IMG/VR virus record: IMGVR_UViG_3300009786_000019
Location: 1-51,111 of that record
DNA from: a virus
Taxonomy: Duplodnaviria > Caudoviricetes
Reading direction: 5' to 3' (one strand)
DNA: 51,111 nt
Shown: in pieces, positions 36,122 through 45,799 of the stretch
How the letters are laid out: every line of letters starts with the position of its first letter
Position numbering within the stretch: position 1 is the stretch's first letter
Notes under the pieces: generated by a model
What the model was told of the DNA's origin: nothing
Database searches by the model: none
What the model saw: only the letters and a program-made list of their open reading frames with translations
Made by a program: the position numbers and the translations under genes

Positions 36122-36133
36122 ACTATTTCTCCG

Positions 36134-37456
36134 TTAAATCTCAAACCAGCCAATTGTATCGTCCACATAAACCAACTGGACTGAATTTCCTTGGGGGACT
36201 GTGCCATCCGCTGCAACACTGTTAATTTTCTGACTTCCATTCCTCCCAACTGTTACCAACGCTGCTCCTGCATTTGAAATTATCACAGTGTCGTTTGCAG
36301 AACCTGCTGGCAGAGTTATTGTGAAAGCCGTACTCGCGTGGTTGCACACTAGTTGATCACTAGCACTTGCTGTGTAGTTAGTTGTCTTGATTGCCCAAGC
36401 AGTGTACGCCCCGCCAGATGTAACCCAGTCCAAAACCCCACTGCCATTTGTGCTTAAAACCTGATCCGCATCGCCGTCATCCGCAGGAAAAGTCAGGGTC
36501 ACATTGCTTGCAACTGTTGCAGGAGCCTGTAGAGCGATATATTGCCCACCACTACTGTCCTGTAAGCGCAAATCGCCTTGGGCTAAAATATTTACATTTC
36601 CGTGAAAGTTTGCATCGGTTCCCCCGGTGGGGATTGCAATTACATCCCCATCTGCATCGTTTTTGATGGTGACATCGTTGGTAGCCCCCTGACCGGTCAG
36701 TATCAAGCCTTCAGCAGCGGTATAACCCATTGCCGCATTGTCGTCTGCTGCGGTATCGCCATCTGCATTTACCGTTGCCGCTGTAACATCTCCGACAATA
36801 TCTACATTTGTTGTGCCGGTAGGAATTGTTAAAACCGCGCCGTCAGCGTCATTCTTTAAAGTAACGTCTGAGGTAGCCCCCTGACCGGTCAGTATGGCCC
36901 CTTCAGCAGCGGTATAACCCATTGCCGCATTGTCGTCTGCTGCGGTATCGCCTGTAGCCTCTACGGTTGAACCGGTTATAACACCTGAAGCAGTTAAGGC
37001 CGCAACCGTGGTTGTGCCAGTAAGGTCCAAATCTACGGTTGCCTCAACAACAGCCCCGCCACTACCTGCGCCATCCAAATAAACAATTTTTACGCCGCCA
37101 TTTGGTATATTGACCGTCGCACCGTCCCCTTGTTTTATAGTAATAACCTGAGAACCGGTGGTAGCATTTTCAATAATCATTACACGAGACACGGTGTTCG
37201 GGGCGATGGTTAAAACCCGTGTAGTCGATAAAGTGGCTCCAGACGTTACTTTGTAATAAAAAGAACGTGCTGGATCAGTAGAACCGTCAGCAACCGTAGT
37301 GGTTGCATTTGCGTCAGACCCAAAAGCAGCTTCTGTTCCGTAGCTTAAAGACTCTCCGATAAGTTCTAAATTCACATTTGTAGTGGTGCCCCAAGTTCCT
37401 GAACCTTCGCCAGTAGCAAGCTCAGTCAACCTCAAATCATTTACATAAGTAGCCAT
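36134..37456 (-). CDS. Tail fiber protein
   Basis: T/A/G-rich; LTFPADDG..VLSTNGSGVL.W; internal 64-aa duplication. Confidence 0.7.
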   Translation of the reverse strand: MATYVNDLRLTELATGEGSGTWGTTTNVNLELIGESLSYGTEAAFGSDANATTTVADGSTDPARSFYYKVTSGATLSTTRVLTIAPNTVSRVMIIENATTGSQVITIKQGDGATVNIPNGGVKIVYLDGAGSGGAVVEATVDLDLTGTTTVAALTASGVITGSTVEATGDTAADDNAAMGYTAAEGAILTGQGATSDVTLKNDADGAVLTIPTGTTNVDIVGDVTAATVNADGDTAADDNAAMGYTAAEGLILTGQGATNDVTIKNDADGDVIAIPTGGTDANFHGNVNILAQGDLRLQDSSGGQYIALQAPATVASNVTLTFPADDGDADQVLSTNGSGVLDWVTSGGAYTAWAIKTTNYTASASDQLVCNHASTAFTITLPAGSANDTVIISNAGAALVTVGRNGSQKINSVAADGTVPQGNSVQLVYVDDTIGWFEI

Positions 37457-37475
37457 AATTCATGCCTCTCCTTCA

Positions 37476-37796
37476 CTAAGGCGTTGCAACAATCTCTGTC
37501 CAAGTCACTGTTGCGTCCGGTATAATTCTACCCCAAACCAAAACTTGATTGGTAGCTCCTGTTGCTTGCACTCCTGTCACACTAACAGAAATTCCTGTCC
37601 CGTCTATTACCGTAACGCCATTAAGCAAGGCAGACGCAGCTATCCCTGTTAGTGTAACACTGTCGTTTAATAATACAGTGACCGCACTTAACGCACCGGT
37701 AGCTCCCGGTACTGCTGTATCTCCGCCCCAAGTGCCTGAATTCCATGTTGTATTAGAGGAATTCCAGCCACTAAAAGCAACACTTGCGTCGGCCAC
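37476..37796 (-). CDS. Virion structural protein
   Basis: GW/TW repeats; tail cluster. Confidence 0.55.
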   Translation of the reverse strand: MADASVAFSGWNSSNTTWNSGTWGGDTAVPGATGALSAVTVLLNDSVTLTGIAASALLNGVTVIDGTGISVSVTGVQATGATNQVLVWGRIIPDATVTWTEIVATP

Positions 37797-38230
37797 TAGG
37801 CGATCCTAATTATCGCGTTACTCGCATCCGCAGTTGGAAAGACAATTACGAAATCACCGCTTGAAGACTCTTTATCAGAACCAAAATCTAAAACCAAAAC
37901 AGTTGGGTCTCCAGAAGCTGAATCATTGAATATCAAGGCTCCACGAGCCGTAATGGTGCTGCTTCCGAAAGTGACATCTGCAAAATCTGTCAAAGCTGTT
38001 GTGCTTGAGGTTGTTGGGGTAACGTTTGTCAACGTCGCACCTTTTGCCGTATACCCGGTGCCACTAACCTCATTTCCAGTGGTATATGCTGTTGTTGCGG
38101 CTGTAAAAGTTGCACTATTCGTATACAACGCAATTTTAAACGTGTTCCCGCTGGTATTAGTAAAGTTGTGCGTACCAGTAAGGAGTTCCTTCTTAAAACT
38201 GGTACACATAAAATTTCCGTCAAATGCCAT
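37796..38230 (-). CDS. Virion structural protein
   Basis: SFKKELL..FKIALYT..GYTAKG; tail cluster. Confidence 0.6.
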   Translation of the reverse strand: MAFDGNFMCTSFKKELLTGTHNFTNTSGNTFKIALYTNSATFTAATTAYTTGNEVSGTGYTAKGATLTNVTPTTSSTTALTDFADVTFGSSTITARGALIFNDSASGDPTVLVLDFGSDKESSSGDFVIVFPTADASNAIIRIA

Positions 38231-38523
38231 TATATTCTCCTCAACGCTTCCGCTAATTTAGGTTGTCCCGCATCACGCAACATGTTGTAAACATTTGTTC
38301 TGTCGCTTTTAACTGCTTCTTTTAAATAAAAAGAAATCAGAACCAACATTTGCTCTTTGTAAGCCAAAGCCTGTGCTTTAATAACCTCCGGTGCGGTGTC
38401 TGATACAGATATAATGTGCTTTACACATCTTTCCGCTATTTCTTCGGGGGTAGAACCACGGTTTTGCGTTGTAGTAACTGTAATCCCAAAATCAGTTGGA
38501 GTGCTTGCGCTATCTGTCCACAT
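38230..38523 (-). CDS. Hypothetical protein
   Basis: 97 aa, coupled to its neighbours. Confidence 0.6.
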   Translation of the reverse strand: MWTDSASTPTDFGITVTTTQNRGSTPEEIAERCVKHIISVSDTAPEVIKAQALAYKEQMLVLISFYLKEAVKSDRTNVYNMLRDAGQPKLAEALRRI

Positions 38524-39170
38524 TATGTTTTTTGCCTCGTTACAAGTCCTGTTCTATAAGCATCTGTAACTTCTTTTGCTTCACCAAACATTTTCAAAGC
38601 CGTTAAAGCTTGCAAAAACTTTTTGTCATACTCTTGCATCAAATCTTTTTCGCCTTTCATATAAGTATAACATTCAATTAAAGACCCATAAAGTAAGGTA
38701 ACTTCAGCATTTTCACTAAGCCAAGTTGTTCCAGAATCTGCTCCCGCAGTTAAACTGGCGGGTCTGTAGTAATAATGTAGCTCCGATTCATAATTTGCGG
38801 ATGCCGTAGGCGCTAAAATAAGGTTTTCAATGTCAAACAATGCGTAATATCTAGGAACCCCGGTTGTTGCGGGGTTCGGGTTAAAGGATTGTAAAAAGTT
38901 AACGTCTTTGAATTCTAAAAATATTTTTTCATTACTGTTTGTTAAAGCAAAAGAAAAAGGCGCAAGAAAGTCCTCCGGAAGATTAAGATACAAACTACCG
39001 GACGCAATTGTTCCCTCAACATTTTTACGAAACAATGTTAATTGGACGTTTTTAAGAATACGTTCTTCGGCTTGTCTTATGAAAACAGGCAGATTATTAA
39101 CAAAGCTGGTTTCTTGGTTTTCAGTATAATCCTGCAATGCAGTTTTAAGTTGCGCGTAAGTAAAGCTCAT
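38523..39170 (-). CDS. Head-tail adaptor-like protein
   Basis: TYAQLKTALQDY..FIRQAEERI..LLYGSLIE. Confidence 0.55.
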   Translation of the reverse strand: MSFTYAQLKTALQDYTENQETSFVNNLPVFIRQAEERILKNVQLTLFRKNVEGTIASGSLYLNLPEDFLAPFSFALTNSNEKIFLEFKDVNFLQSFNPNPATTGVPRYYALFDIENLILAPTASANYESELHYYYRPASLTAGADSGTTWLSENAEVTLLYGSLIECYTYMKGEKDLMQEYDKKFLQALTALKMFGEAKEVTDAYRTGLVTRQKT

Positions 39171-39469
39171 GTAGTCACCGTTACTTGCCCAACAAACCCT
39201 ATTCCTTTAAAAGGTTTAGGGGTCATGTCTTCTACATTAAGTATACCCACGTAAACTTCCATAGGTTCTACACGATCCGGACGAGCATCTCGCAAAGCTT
39301 GTGGATCTACATCAGAGCGAAACGGCCCCAATTGTGGCTGTTTGGGTTCATATTCATCTTTGCCAACCAACATGCCATTCCACTCTTTACGCATATCTCT
39401 GTACCGATATCGAAAACCAGATCGGTCAGATATAGCATAAGCGTGTTTTCCTGAAGCATACTTTGCCAT
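39167..39469 (-). CDS. Hypothetical protein
   Basis: ISDRSGFRY..EWNG..EPKQPQ. Confidence 0.65.
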   Translation of the reverse strand: MAKYASGKHAYAISDRSGFRYRYRDMRKEWNGMLVGKDEYEPKQPQLGPFRSDVDPQALRDARPDRVEPMEVYVGILNVEDMTPKPFKGIGFVGQVTVTT

Positions 39470-39470
39470 T

Positions 39471-40136
39471 TTAAGTCCTAAAATACATATAGCTTGGCGT
39501 TATGTTGAAAGAGGCTCTATCCCTGTCTTCATTTGCCGCCCTCTCAAATTCTTCTTCATAAATAGTTTTCAACAACGGAGTTTTCTGAGGGGCTTTCTTT
39601 ACGGATATGTAGTAAGCCAGACCTGCTGCAAGACAAGGGAAAAACCTGAAAGGAAGCTCTACAGTGTTGGTGTATTCCCCCGCGTCATCTATGCGGGTTA
39701 GAGCATCATATATAATCACATCCGTACTGTTGTCTGGTGTAGGCCAAACATTCAAAACCGGGGTGATTTGTCTATCAAGGAAAAACTGATTGGGTCGTGC
39801 TTGTGTCGTTTTGTTGGGTATGTTTAAAAACCCACTACGACTTAATCTTTCCGCAGAAATATCCGTACTATCTCGCCTTACCACTACGGACAAGATGTCA
39901 ATTACATCGGTGCCTAGACTATAAGAAGCCGTACCTGCGGTTACTGTTTGTGTGCGTTGGGTGATAGTCCACTGGTTCAAGCCCCTATTTGCCCAATCTG
40001 CAAAAAGAATATTTAAAGACCTTCTGGCTGATTTTAGGTCATAGCCCGTTCGTGCTTCTAAGCCGCAACGCTCAAAAGCTTCTTCAATGTAATCATTTAC
40101 ATCTAGTTCAAAAGTTGTGGTCCCAGACGTAGCCAT
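39471..40136 (-). CDS. Adaptor/tail tubular protein A-like
   Basis: IEEAFERCG..SARRSLNILFADWANRG. Confidence 0.55.
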   Translation of the reverse strand: MATSGTTTFELDVNDYIEEAFERCGLEARTGYDLKSARRSLNILFADWANRGLNQWTITQRTQTVTAGTASYSLGTDVIDILSVVVRRDSTDISAERLSRSGFLNIPNKTTQARPNQFFLDRQITPVLNVWPTPDNSTDVIIYDALTRIDDAGEYTNTVELPFRFFPCLAAGLAYYISVKKAPQKTPLLKTIYEEEFERAANEDRDRASFNITPSYMYFRT

Positions 40137-40145
40137 TTCCGCACC

Positions 40146-40835
40146 CTATGAGTCTTCTGTCTCATTATCGTGATAAAGATTGTCAAATACAATGGAGGGG
40201 TCCATATAGCTTTCATGTCCCTCTGCGGAATGAATAGTTTGGCTAGGCCGAAAATCCGGTGCGCCCTCTCCTGTAGCCCATAAAGCAGGGCTTGTAGCCC
40301 TTACTCGATTATTAGGTAACGCCACCATATTACCGTACCAAGCTCCCGGCTCTGTAATATACATGACATGACTTTGTTTATGCTGGGCAGGATCATCCGC
40401 GATATTATGGTCCGTATAATCGACGGTAAACATATATCGAGCAGAGTAAAATTCATGGTCAATCTTTGCAACCCACGGACTACTACTCACCCGATCCATC
40501 ACAACTACGCCATGATTTCTCGATTCGCAATCCCACGGTTGTGCTAAATGATCTATCATCCTTTCGGGCCATTCATCCATTACTATATCGGCAACAAGTG
40601 CCTGTATGGGCATTCTGGCCCACATCGCCCCACCATGCAGGTTTGGTTCATCGTCCTCTGGATCTACTTCACATCCAGTGAAAACCACCTGAAAACTTAA
40701 ACTTCTATCCGGTATTGTGTTTACAGCAATTGCCATTGCATGAAGATAATCCCCATGATGACGCATGTGGTTACACGTAAACTCTCTCCGAACCCAACAA
40801 TTAAAATGCGGTATATTGCTTATTAAATACGGCAT
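40146..40835 (-). CDS. Hypothetical protein
   Basis: 229 aa; GAMWARMPI, QHKQSH, ALPNNR. Confidence 0.65.
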   Translation of the reverse strand: MPYLISNIPHFNCWVRREFTCNHMRHHGDYLHAMAIAVNTIPDRSLSFQVVFTGCEVDPEDDEPNLHGGAMWARMPIQALVADIVMDEWPERMIDHLAQPWDCESRNHGVVVMDRVSSSPWVAKIDHEFYSARYMFTVDYTDHNIADDPAQHKQSHVMYITEPGAWYGNMVALPNNRVRATSPALWATGEGAPDFRPSQTIHSAEGHESYMDPSIVFDNLYHDNETEDS

Positions 40836-40836
40836 T

Positions 40837-41040
40837 CTAAGCTTTTTTGTTTACAGAATACCCTTTGTCTTTCAAAAACGCTCGTGCTTTGGCAACAGTC
40901 ATTGCTCCGCCATTCGATCCGTTTTTGCTTTTCTTCACAGCGCCACCCTTTTTCATACCTTTCGGATAAGCCGCACCGCCTTTACGCATCATCTTAGGTG
41001 CGCCACCTTTTCTCATCATCTTAGGTCTTTTTCCAGCCAT
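40837..41040 (-). CDS. Small basic protein with KGG repeats
   Basis: PKMMRKGGA x2, MKKGGAV. Confidence 0.65.
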   Translation of the reverse strand: MAGKRPKMMRKGGAPKMMRKGGAAYPKGMKKGGAVKKSKNGSNGGAMTVAKARAFLKDKGYSVNKKA

Positions 41041-41049
41041 TTTCCCACC

Positions 41050-41193
41050 TCATACTGTTGAAACTGAACCCGTAGTTACTTTCCTACGATTTGGCAAAAT
41101 TGCACCACAACCTCTTGCAACCAAGCCGCCTTTCCTAAGGTAAGTAACTTTAGGAGTTTTTGGCTTTGGGCCTATTTTTACGGCACGTCCCAT
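41050..41193 (-). CDS. 47-aa basic protein
   Basis: Hand-translated MGRAVKIGPKPKTPKVTYLRKGGLVARGCGAILPNRRKVTTGSVSTV. Confidence 0.6.
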   Translation of the reverse strand: MGRAVKIGPKPKTPKVTYLRKGGLVARGCGAILPNRRKVTTGSVSTV

Positions 41194-41807
41194 TAAGCAT
41201 GGAAAGCAGTAATAGTAGTAAAAGTAGCTACTGTGTACTGAATATACACCCCATCCGTAAACATAACGCCTTCTTCCGGAATATTCACATCGCGTGTAAC
41301 AGTGGCACTAGCTACCGTCCCTAACTTCATCACAGAAGTACCTGAAGGGGACGTAGTTAAAAAATCTAAAGTACCCGCTGTACCAGAATTAACAATGTAA
41401 ATCCCTTTTAGACGGGATCTTCCTGCAAAGACAACATCTGCCGCTCCACCAGCCATTCCAATAGAAACATTAGCCGCAGGTTGCGCCGAAGCATCTGCCG
41501 CCGTTATTGTCTTAAAATATTTAGTGCCAGCATGGGCGGTAGCTGATGCAGAAAGCGTGATAACTTCTGTCTGAGAATCTCCATTAACGTCTGTACCGGT
41601 TAACGTTACGGTTTTACCGTTATCGCCCGTTCCGGCTGTCGTACAGGTGATGATTCTTCCTGCGGCAAAAGTAGCTACCCCACCATCGGTGTCTGTGCCA
41701 TCTATAGTAAAAGCCGTATTGGGACGAGCGGCGGCGGCTACTGAAGCCGCATCCACTGCATTTGTGTCGGCAGTAATAAAAACTGCTTGTGCATCAGAAC
41801 CTGCCAT
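41193..41807 (-). CDS. Virion structural protein
   Basis: 204 aa, T/A/G-rich, head cluster. Confidence 0.6.
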   Translation of the reverse strand: MAGSDAQAVFITADTNAVDAASVAAAARPNTAFTIDGTDTDGGVATFAAGRIITCTTAGTGDNGKTVTLTGTDVNGDSQTEVITLSASATAHAGTKYFKTITAADASAQPAANVSIGMAGGAADVVFAGRSRLKGIYIVNSGTAGTLDFLTTSPSGTSVMKLGTVASATVTRDVNIPEEGVMFTDGVYIQYTVATFTTITAFHA

Positions 41808-41810
41808 CGT

Positions 41811-41987
41811 TTATTCCTCTATTTCACCCCGTAAAACCAAAGCTTTACGAGCAGCACTTCCTATGGGGGGAAGTGCTGCCGTGTTGACTGCTTTAGGTTT
41901 TGCTTTAGGTTTAGGTTTAGGTTTAGCTCCAGTTTTAGCTTTAACTTTAGCTTTAACTTTAACTTTAGCTTTCTCTTTTGCAGCCAT
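41811..41987 (-). CDS. 58-aa Lys/Ala/Pro-rich histone-H1-like protein
   Basis: Hand-translated MAAKEKAKVKVKAKVKAKTGAKPKPKPKAKPKAV...GEIEE. Confidence 0.65.
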   Translation of the reverse strand: MAAKEKAKVKVKAKVKAKTGAKPKPKPKAKPKAVNTAALPPIGSAARKALVLRGEIEE

Positions 41988-41998
41988 AGCTAATTACC

Positions 41999-42715
41999 TT
42001 AACGGTTTTGTGATGTAAACAAATAATCAATAGTTGCTGATTTAGTTCCAGTCGCAGACCCTGAAAGCTCCATAGCACCGATAGTTAGGTTCTCGTTATC
42101 GGGAAGATTATCTGTATGCGTAGCAACAAGGTTCCTGTTTACAAAAAATTCAACTGAACCCGTTTCTTTAACGTGAAAACCAAGCGTTATATAAGTGCCG
42201 GGAACTATATCCACACCAGAGTCTGTTGTGGTTGCGGTGCCATCTTTTTCTGTTACGCAGTCAATATTGCTGTCGCCATCGTCAATTTGGAAAACAATTC
42301 TGTCGGTAGCGGTTAACATGGCTTCTGGATTAGTAGCAAAGTTAAGCGTCAGGCCAACACAAACGTCCATTGCATCACCTTCGTCGTCGGTAATAAACAG
42401 CTTTGTTTCAAACCAAATATCTCTTGACGAAGATAGGGCATATATTTCGTTACCCTGTACAGAAGCGCCATCATTGTCTGTGGTAGCTTGAGAAGTTAAA
42501 ACAAGAGTGCCGTTTTCAGCGTCAGCGCCCAAAGCAGCAGTGGCACTTGAATCTTTAACGACTGTCCAGTCGTTAGTTGCATCAAGCGCAATTCCCGTAA
42601 AATCGTCCATATAAGTGACGAAATCAGGGTTTTTATCAACCGGAAGGTTTTCAAACCACTTTCGTGGTGAATCCTTACCAGCAAAAAGAATAGGACCAGT
42701 AAAATGAACAGCCAT
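41999..42715 (-). CDS. Virion structural protein (possible capsid decoration)
   Basis: MAVHFTGPI..DDF; beta-rich; directly after the MCP. Confidence 0.55.
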   Translation of the reverse strand: MAVHFTGPILFAGKDSPRKWFENLPVDKNPDFVTYMDDFTGIALDATNDWTVVKDSSATAALGADAENGTLVLTSQATTDNDGASVQGNEIYALSSSRDIWFETKLFITDDEGDAMDVCVGLTLNFATNPEAMLTATDRIVFQIDDGDSNIDCVTEKDGTATTTDSGVDIVPGTYITLGFHVKETGSVEFFVNRNLVATHTDNLPDNENLTIGAMELSGSATGTKSATIDYLFTSQNR

Positions 42716-42812
42716 GATTTTCTCCCGTCTTGGCTAATGTCAGTCACCCAATGCGACTGTCAGGAAAGGAAAATCATACCCTAAAATAAAAAAGGCGGCA
42801 AGCGCCGCCTTT
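42714..42812 (-). promoter_or_regulatory. MCP terminator overlapping a promoter, and a structured leader
   Basis: AGGCGGC/GCCGCC stem plus U-tract; TTGCCG-17-TATGAT; CAGUCGC/GUGACUG hairpin. Confidence 0.6.
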
Positions 42813-42828
42813 CTCAATAGAGAGCTAA

Positions 42829-43740
42829 TTAAGCTCCCGGTGTACCGATCACTGATCTCCAATCGGAAACGCCGAACGAATAACGAGCACGGGCTTTAAA
42901 ACGCATGTTGCCAGTATCAAAGTCCCCTTCCATTGCCGTTTTAACCGGCGAACGGTTGAAGTATTTGAAACCATTTGGCGCATCAGTTTTAATGAAGAAT
43001 GCATCCGTATCAGTGAGGAAGTGGTTAACCACCGCACCTTCAGGGAGCATACCCATTGCCTTAGTAGCGTTAATGTCGTTATCAGCAGTTCCGGGTCTCA
43101 GGTTAGAATTAATAATTCTTTCTGAGATGAACTGGAGTTCTTTAGGAATAATAAGTTTCATTCCACGAACTGCGATCTTCAGGCCCCGCTCGTCGGTAAA
43201 GCCAGCAATATCGATTAACATTTGCTCAAGCGAAGTCTCGTTGAGATCCGCAGCAACTGCCAATACGTTAGTCTGATTACCGGACAAGGATGGGTGAGAA
43301 GCAGAACATAAAGCTGCGCCGTCACCCAAAGCAAAACCATTGCTGGTAGAAAAAGCGTTGTTGAGAACAGCAGCCGCTTTTATTTGCTTTGTGGTAGCCA
43401 TTGATCGAGCCAATGCCTTGGTATAGCGGGAAGCAAGACGGTCATAAAGATTATCTTCAATAGCTTCTTCTGTAATTGAAAAAGCGAGAGCGATAGTCTC
43501 ATGCGTATATCTTGCTGTATAGGTCTCTTGTGCGTCGTCAAAGCTTATTGTACCACCTTCACTTTTGACAGGAGCACTTGCGAAACCGCCCAGCATAACC
43601 TCCTCTTCAAAGGCTCTGTCCGAAGACTCTTCCTCAAAGATTTCAGCATCTTCGTTTTCGTAGCGATCATACTCTAAGCCGAACAGCGCATTAAGGCCGG
43701 GTTCTAGCTCTTTCGCTAATTGCGATCTTGAAATAGCCAT
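42829..43740 (-). CDS. Major capsid protein
   Basis: MAISRSQLAKELEPGLNALFG..RYSFGVSDWR; followed by a terminator; downstream of the scaffold. Confidence 0.85.
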   Translation of the reverse strand: MAISRSQLAKELEPGLNALFGLEYDRYENEDAEIFEEESSDRAFEEEVMLGGFASAPVKSEGGTISFDDAQETYTARYTHETIALAFSITEEAIEDNLYDRLASRYTKALARSMATTKQIKAAAVLNNAFSTSNGFALGDGAALCSASHPSLSGNQTNVLAVAADLNETSLEQMLIDIAGFTDERGLKIAVRGMKLIIPKELQFISERIINSNLRPGTADNDINATKAMGMLPEGAVVNHFLTDTDAFFIKTDAPNGFKYFNRSPVKTAMEGDFDTGNMRFKARARYSFGVSDWRSVIGTPGA

Positions 43741-43752
43741 TAGTCTGCCTCC

Positions 43753-44403
43753 TTAAATGCCTAACGAGGTCGCAGTAGTCTGCGAGTCGAAACGGCTTGT
43801 TGATGAGTTAAAATGAGCGTTAAGACGAACCAACAACGGTATACCCGCAGCAGCGAAGTCGCTGTTTGCTGCTTCATCAGCTACGCCGACGACTCTTAAA
43901 GGTAAAGTTGCAGTGGTTGCTATTGTGCTCACACCAAATGCAGAGTTTGAAACTCCGGTATTGCTATCTCCCGTTCTTGCAGAAGTTCCTAAAGAAGCAT
44001 TAGCGAAAACAGCCGCTTGCGCGGTTGCTCTGTCCGTTAAAGACGCATCGCTTGCTACTTTAAAAATTTGCATAGGATTATCTGCTACAAACGCTTTTAC
44101 AGGAAAATTTGTATCGACGCTTACAGATCCCGATCCGGGCCAGTAGTTAATCCAAACAGGTTTTTTTTGCACAGAATCTTGGTACTGTACGCCCATTAGA
44201 ACGCCCAATGCTTGTGTCGTTCCGCCATCGGTGGCTCCTGCAAAGGTTATTACGCCCGCAGCAAGAGGTACACAGATACCGTATTGATATATAGCATCGG
44301 TGTTGTTAGAAGCGATCTCATACTCAGTTACGCCAGTAGAGTTTACGCCACTTCCAACTATTCCAACAGGACGAAGACCAAAGGCAGTGTTGCTATTAGC
44401 CAT
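43753..44403 (-). CDS. Capsid-associated structural protein
   Basis: MANSNTAFGLRP; immediately upstream of the MCP. Confidence 0.6.
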   Translation of the reverse strand: MANSNTAFGLRPVGIVGSGVNSTGVTEYEIASNNTDAIYQYGICVPLAAGVITFAGATDGGTTQALGVLMGVQYQDSVQKKPVWINYWPGSGSVSVDTNFPVKAFVADNPMQIFKVASDASLTDRATAQAAVFANASLGTSARTGDSNTGVSNSAFGVSTIATTATLPLRVVGVADEAANSDFAAAGIPLLVRLNAHFNSSTSRFDSQTTATSLGI

Positions 44404-44430
44404 TTTACTTCCTCCAATAAAAAACGGTCA

Positions 44431-44916
44431 TCACTTACGTGGACCGCCAAAAGTTACACGAGATTGACGATCCGGGTGTGCAATCGCCATAGTTGAGTGT
44501 GCATTTTCCCGCAACATGTCTGAATCAACAGCTTCCATTTGATCTGAATTTTTTGAATTAAAATATGCAGTTCTTTCAGCTACTGTTTCTAAAGGCATTC
44601 TTGCAAGAAGCAGCCCACCTACTCCGAACACACCTTCGTATCTACCTGATTCAACAACAGGGGCTTCAAAATCGGGGTGTTCGTCTTTACGAACTAACTC
44701 CCAGCCCTCTCTTATTCTTGCACTGACGTTCTTGGTATCACTAAATCCCCGGACTTCATCACGAATCCAACGATGTTTATACCCATCAGGCGCAGGTGGT
44801 GCGTCGAGCATAGATGGTGGACTCCAAGGCTTACGCATAGCCTTTTTGTCTCTAGTGTTATTTGCGCGAGAAGCTCGTTTAATAGGCTCATCAACTGTAT
44901 TGATTTCTTCACTCAT
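44431..44916 (-). CDS. Hypothetical head-cluster protein
   Basis: PDGYKHRWIR..REGWELV..GGLLLARMP. Confidence 0.65.
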   Translation of the reverse strand: MSEEINTVDEPIKRASRANNTRDKKAMRKPWSPPSMLDAPPAPDGYKHRWIRDEVRGFSDTKNVSARIREGWELVRKDEHPDFEAPVVESGRYEGVFGVGGLLLARMPLETVAERTAYFNSKNSDQMEAVDSDMLRENAHSTMAIAHPDRQSRVTFGGPRK

Positions 44917-44920
44917 ATCC

Positions 44921-45790
44921 CTACTCCTTCACGTATTTCGCGTATTCTTCAAGCGGCACACCCAATTTTTTTGCTATCGAAATTTGGCTAGGGGTGAGTC
45001 TAACCTGTCTTTTCCCACTGCGCCCTGTTGTTTGTCTACTAGCAGAAGCCACTGTCTGGGCGGGACGGCGGTTCTGTTCTTTAAACTTATGCGGAAACTC
45101 TTCAGAGACTCTCCGATCCAATTCATTATAGTAATCATCGGACTGCGGGTCAAATCCCTGTTCTTCGACTAACTTTTTGTGTATGCCAAAAGCCGCATAC
45201 GTCATAGCCTCGTCTTCACCGAACCAGTCGTTTTTGACGGCCCACTGTTCTGCTTTAGGGTCGGGCCTTTTTGTTTGCGGTTGTTGTTGCGGCATCGGTT
45301 GGTTTAACTGAGCTTGTTGTTGGGCCGCAAGCTGTTGTTGATACCTTTCTTGCTGGACTTTAGCCTGTTGGGCGCGATCATTTTCAATCGCCAAAGACGT
45401 TAGTTGCCGTTGAGCATCTACAACCGCTTTTGTGTCCCCCACATCCATAGCGCGTTGCATAGTTTCTTCAGCTTGTTGCTGTTGAGTGTTTACTCGATTA
45501 CTAAACTCATTAACATAATGACTATCCAAACTGTTCATGCGAGTTTTTATTTGTTGAGACTCTTCTTGCACTTGTTTGGCGTAGCTTATTGCTTCAACTT
45601 CACGACGTTCGGCGTCCCGCATTTTTTTAGTCAAACGATTTATTCGTTTTTGCGTGGCCGAATCTGCTTTGTCAAACTGATCTTCAGTGGTTCCTTCAGC
45701 GCCTTCCTCTTCAGTACCCGGCACTTCAACCACGGTTTCTTTATCTTCTAATTCAAGTTCTACCTGTTCTGTTGCGTTTTCAGCATTCAT
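44921..45790 (-). CDS. Capsid scaffolding protein (probable)
   Basis: Coiled coil QKRINRLT; C-terminal AKKLGVPLEEYAKY. Confidence 0.65.
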   Translation of the reverse strand: MNAENATEQVELELEDKETVVEVPGTEEEGAEGTTEDQFDKADSATQKRINRLTKKMRDAERREVEAISYAKQVQEESQQIKTRMNSLDSHYVNEFSNRVNTQQQQAEETMQRAMDVGDTKAVVDAQRQLTSLAIENDRAQQAKVQQERYQQQLAAQQQAQLNQPMPQQQPQTKRPDPKAEQWAVKNDWFGEDEAMTYAAFGIHKKLVEEQGFDPQSDDYYNELDRRVSEEFPHKFKEQNRRPAQTVASASRQTTGRSGKRQVRLTPSQISIAKKLGVPLEEYAKYVKE

Positions 45791-45799
45791 AAGTCACCT

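Noticed and set aside
36681-36952. Tail-fiber repeat pair as a DGR TR/VR
   Set aside because: Both copies are in frame in one gene, mismatches are clustered and not adenine-specific, and there is no reverse transcriptase.
45397-45406. ACGTTAGTTG in the scaffold CDS (and CGTTAGTTG at 42571) as sRNA targets
   Set aside because: Deep inside coding regions, far from start codons, and short enough to be chance.
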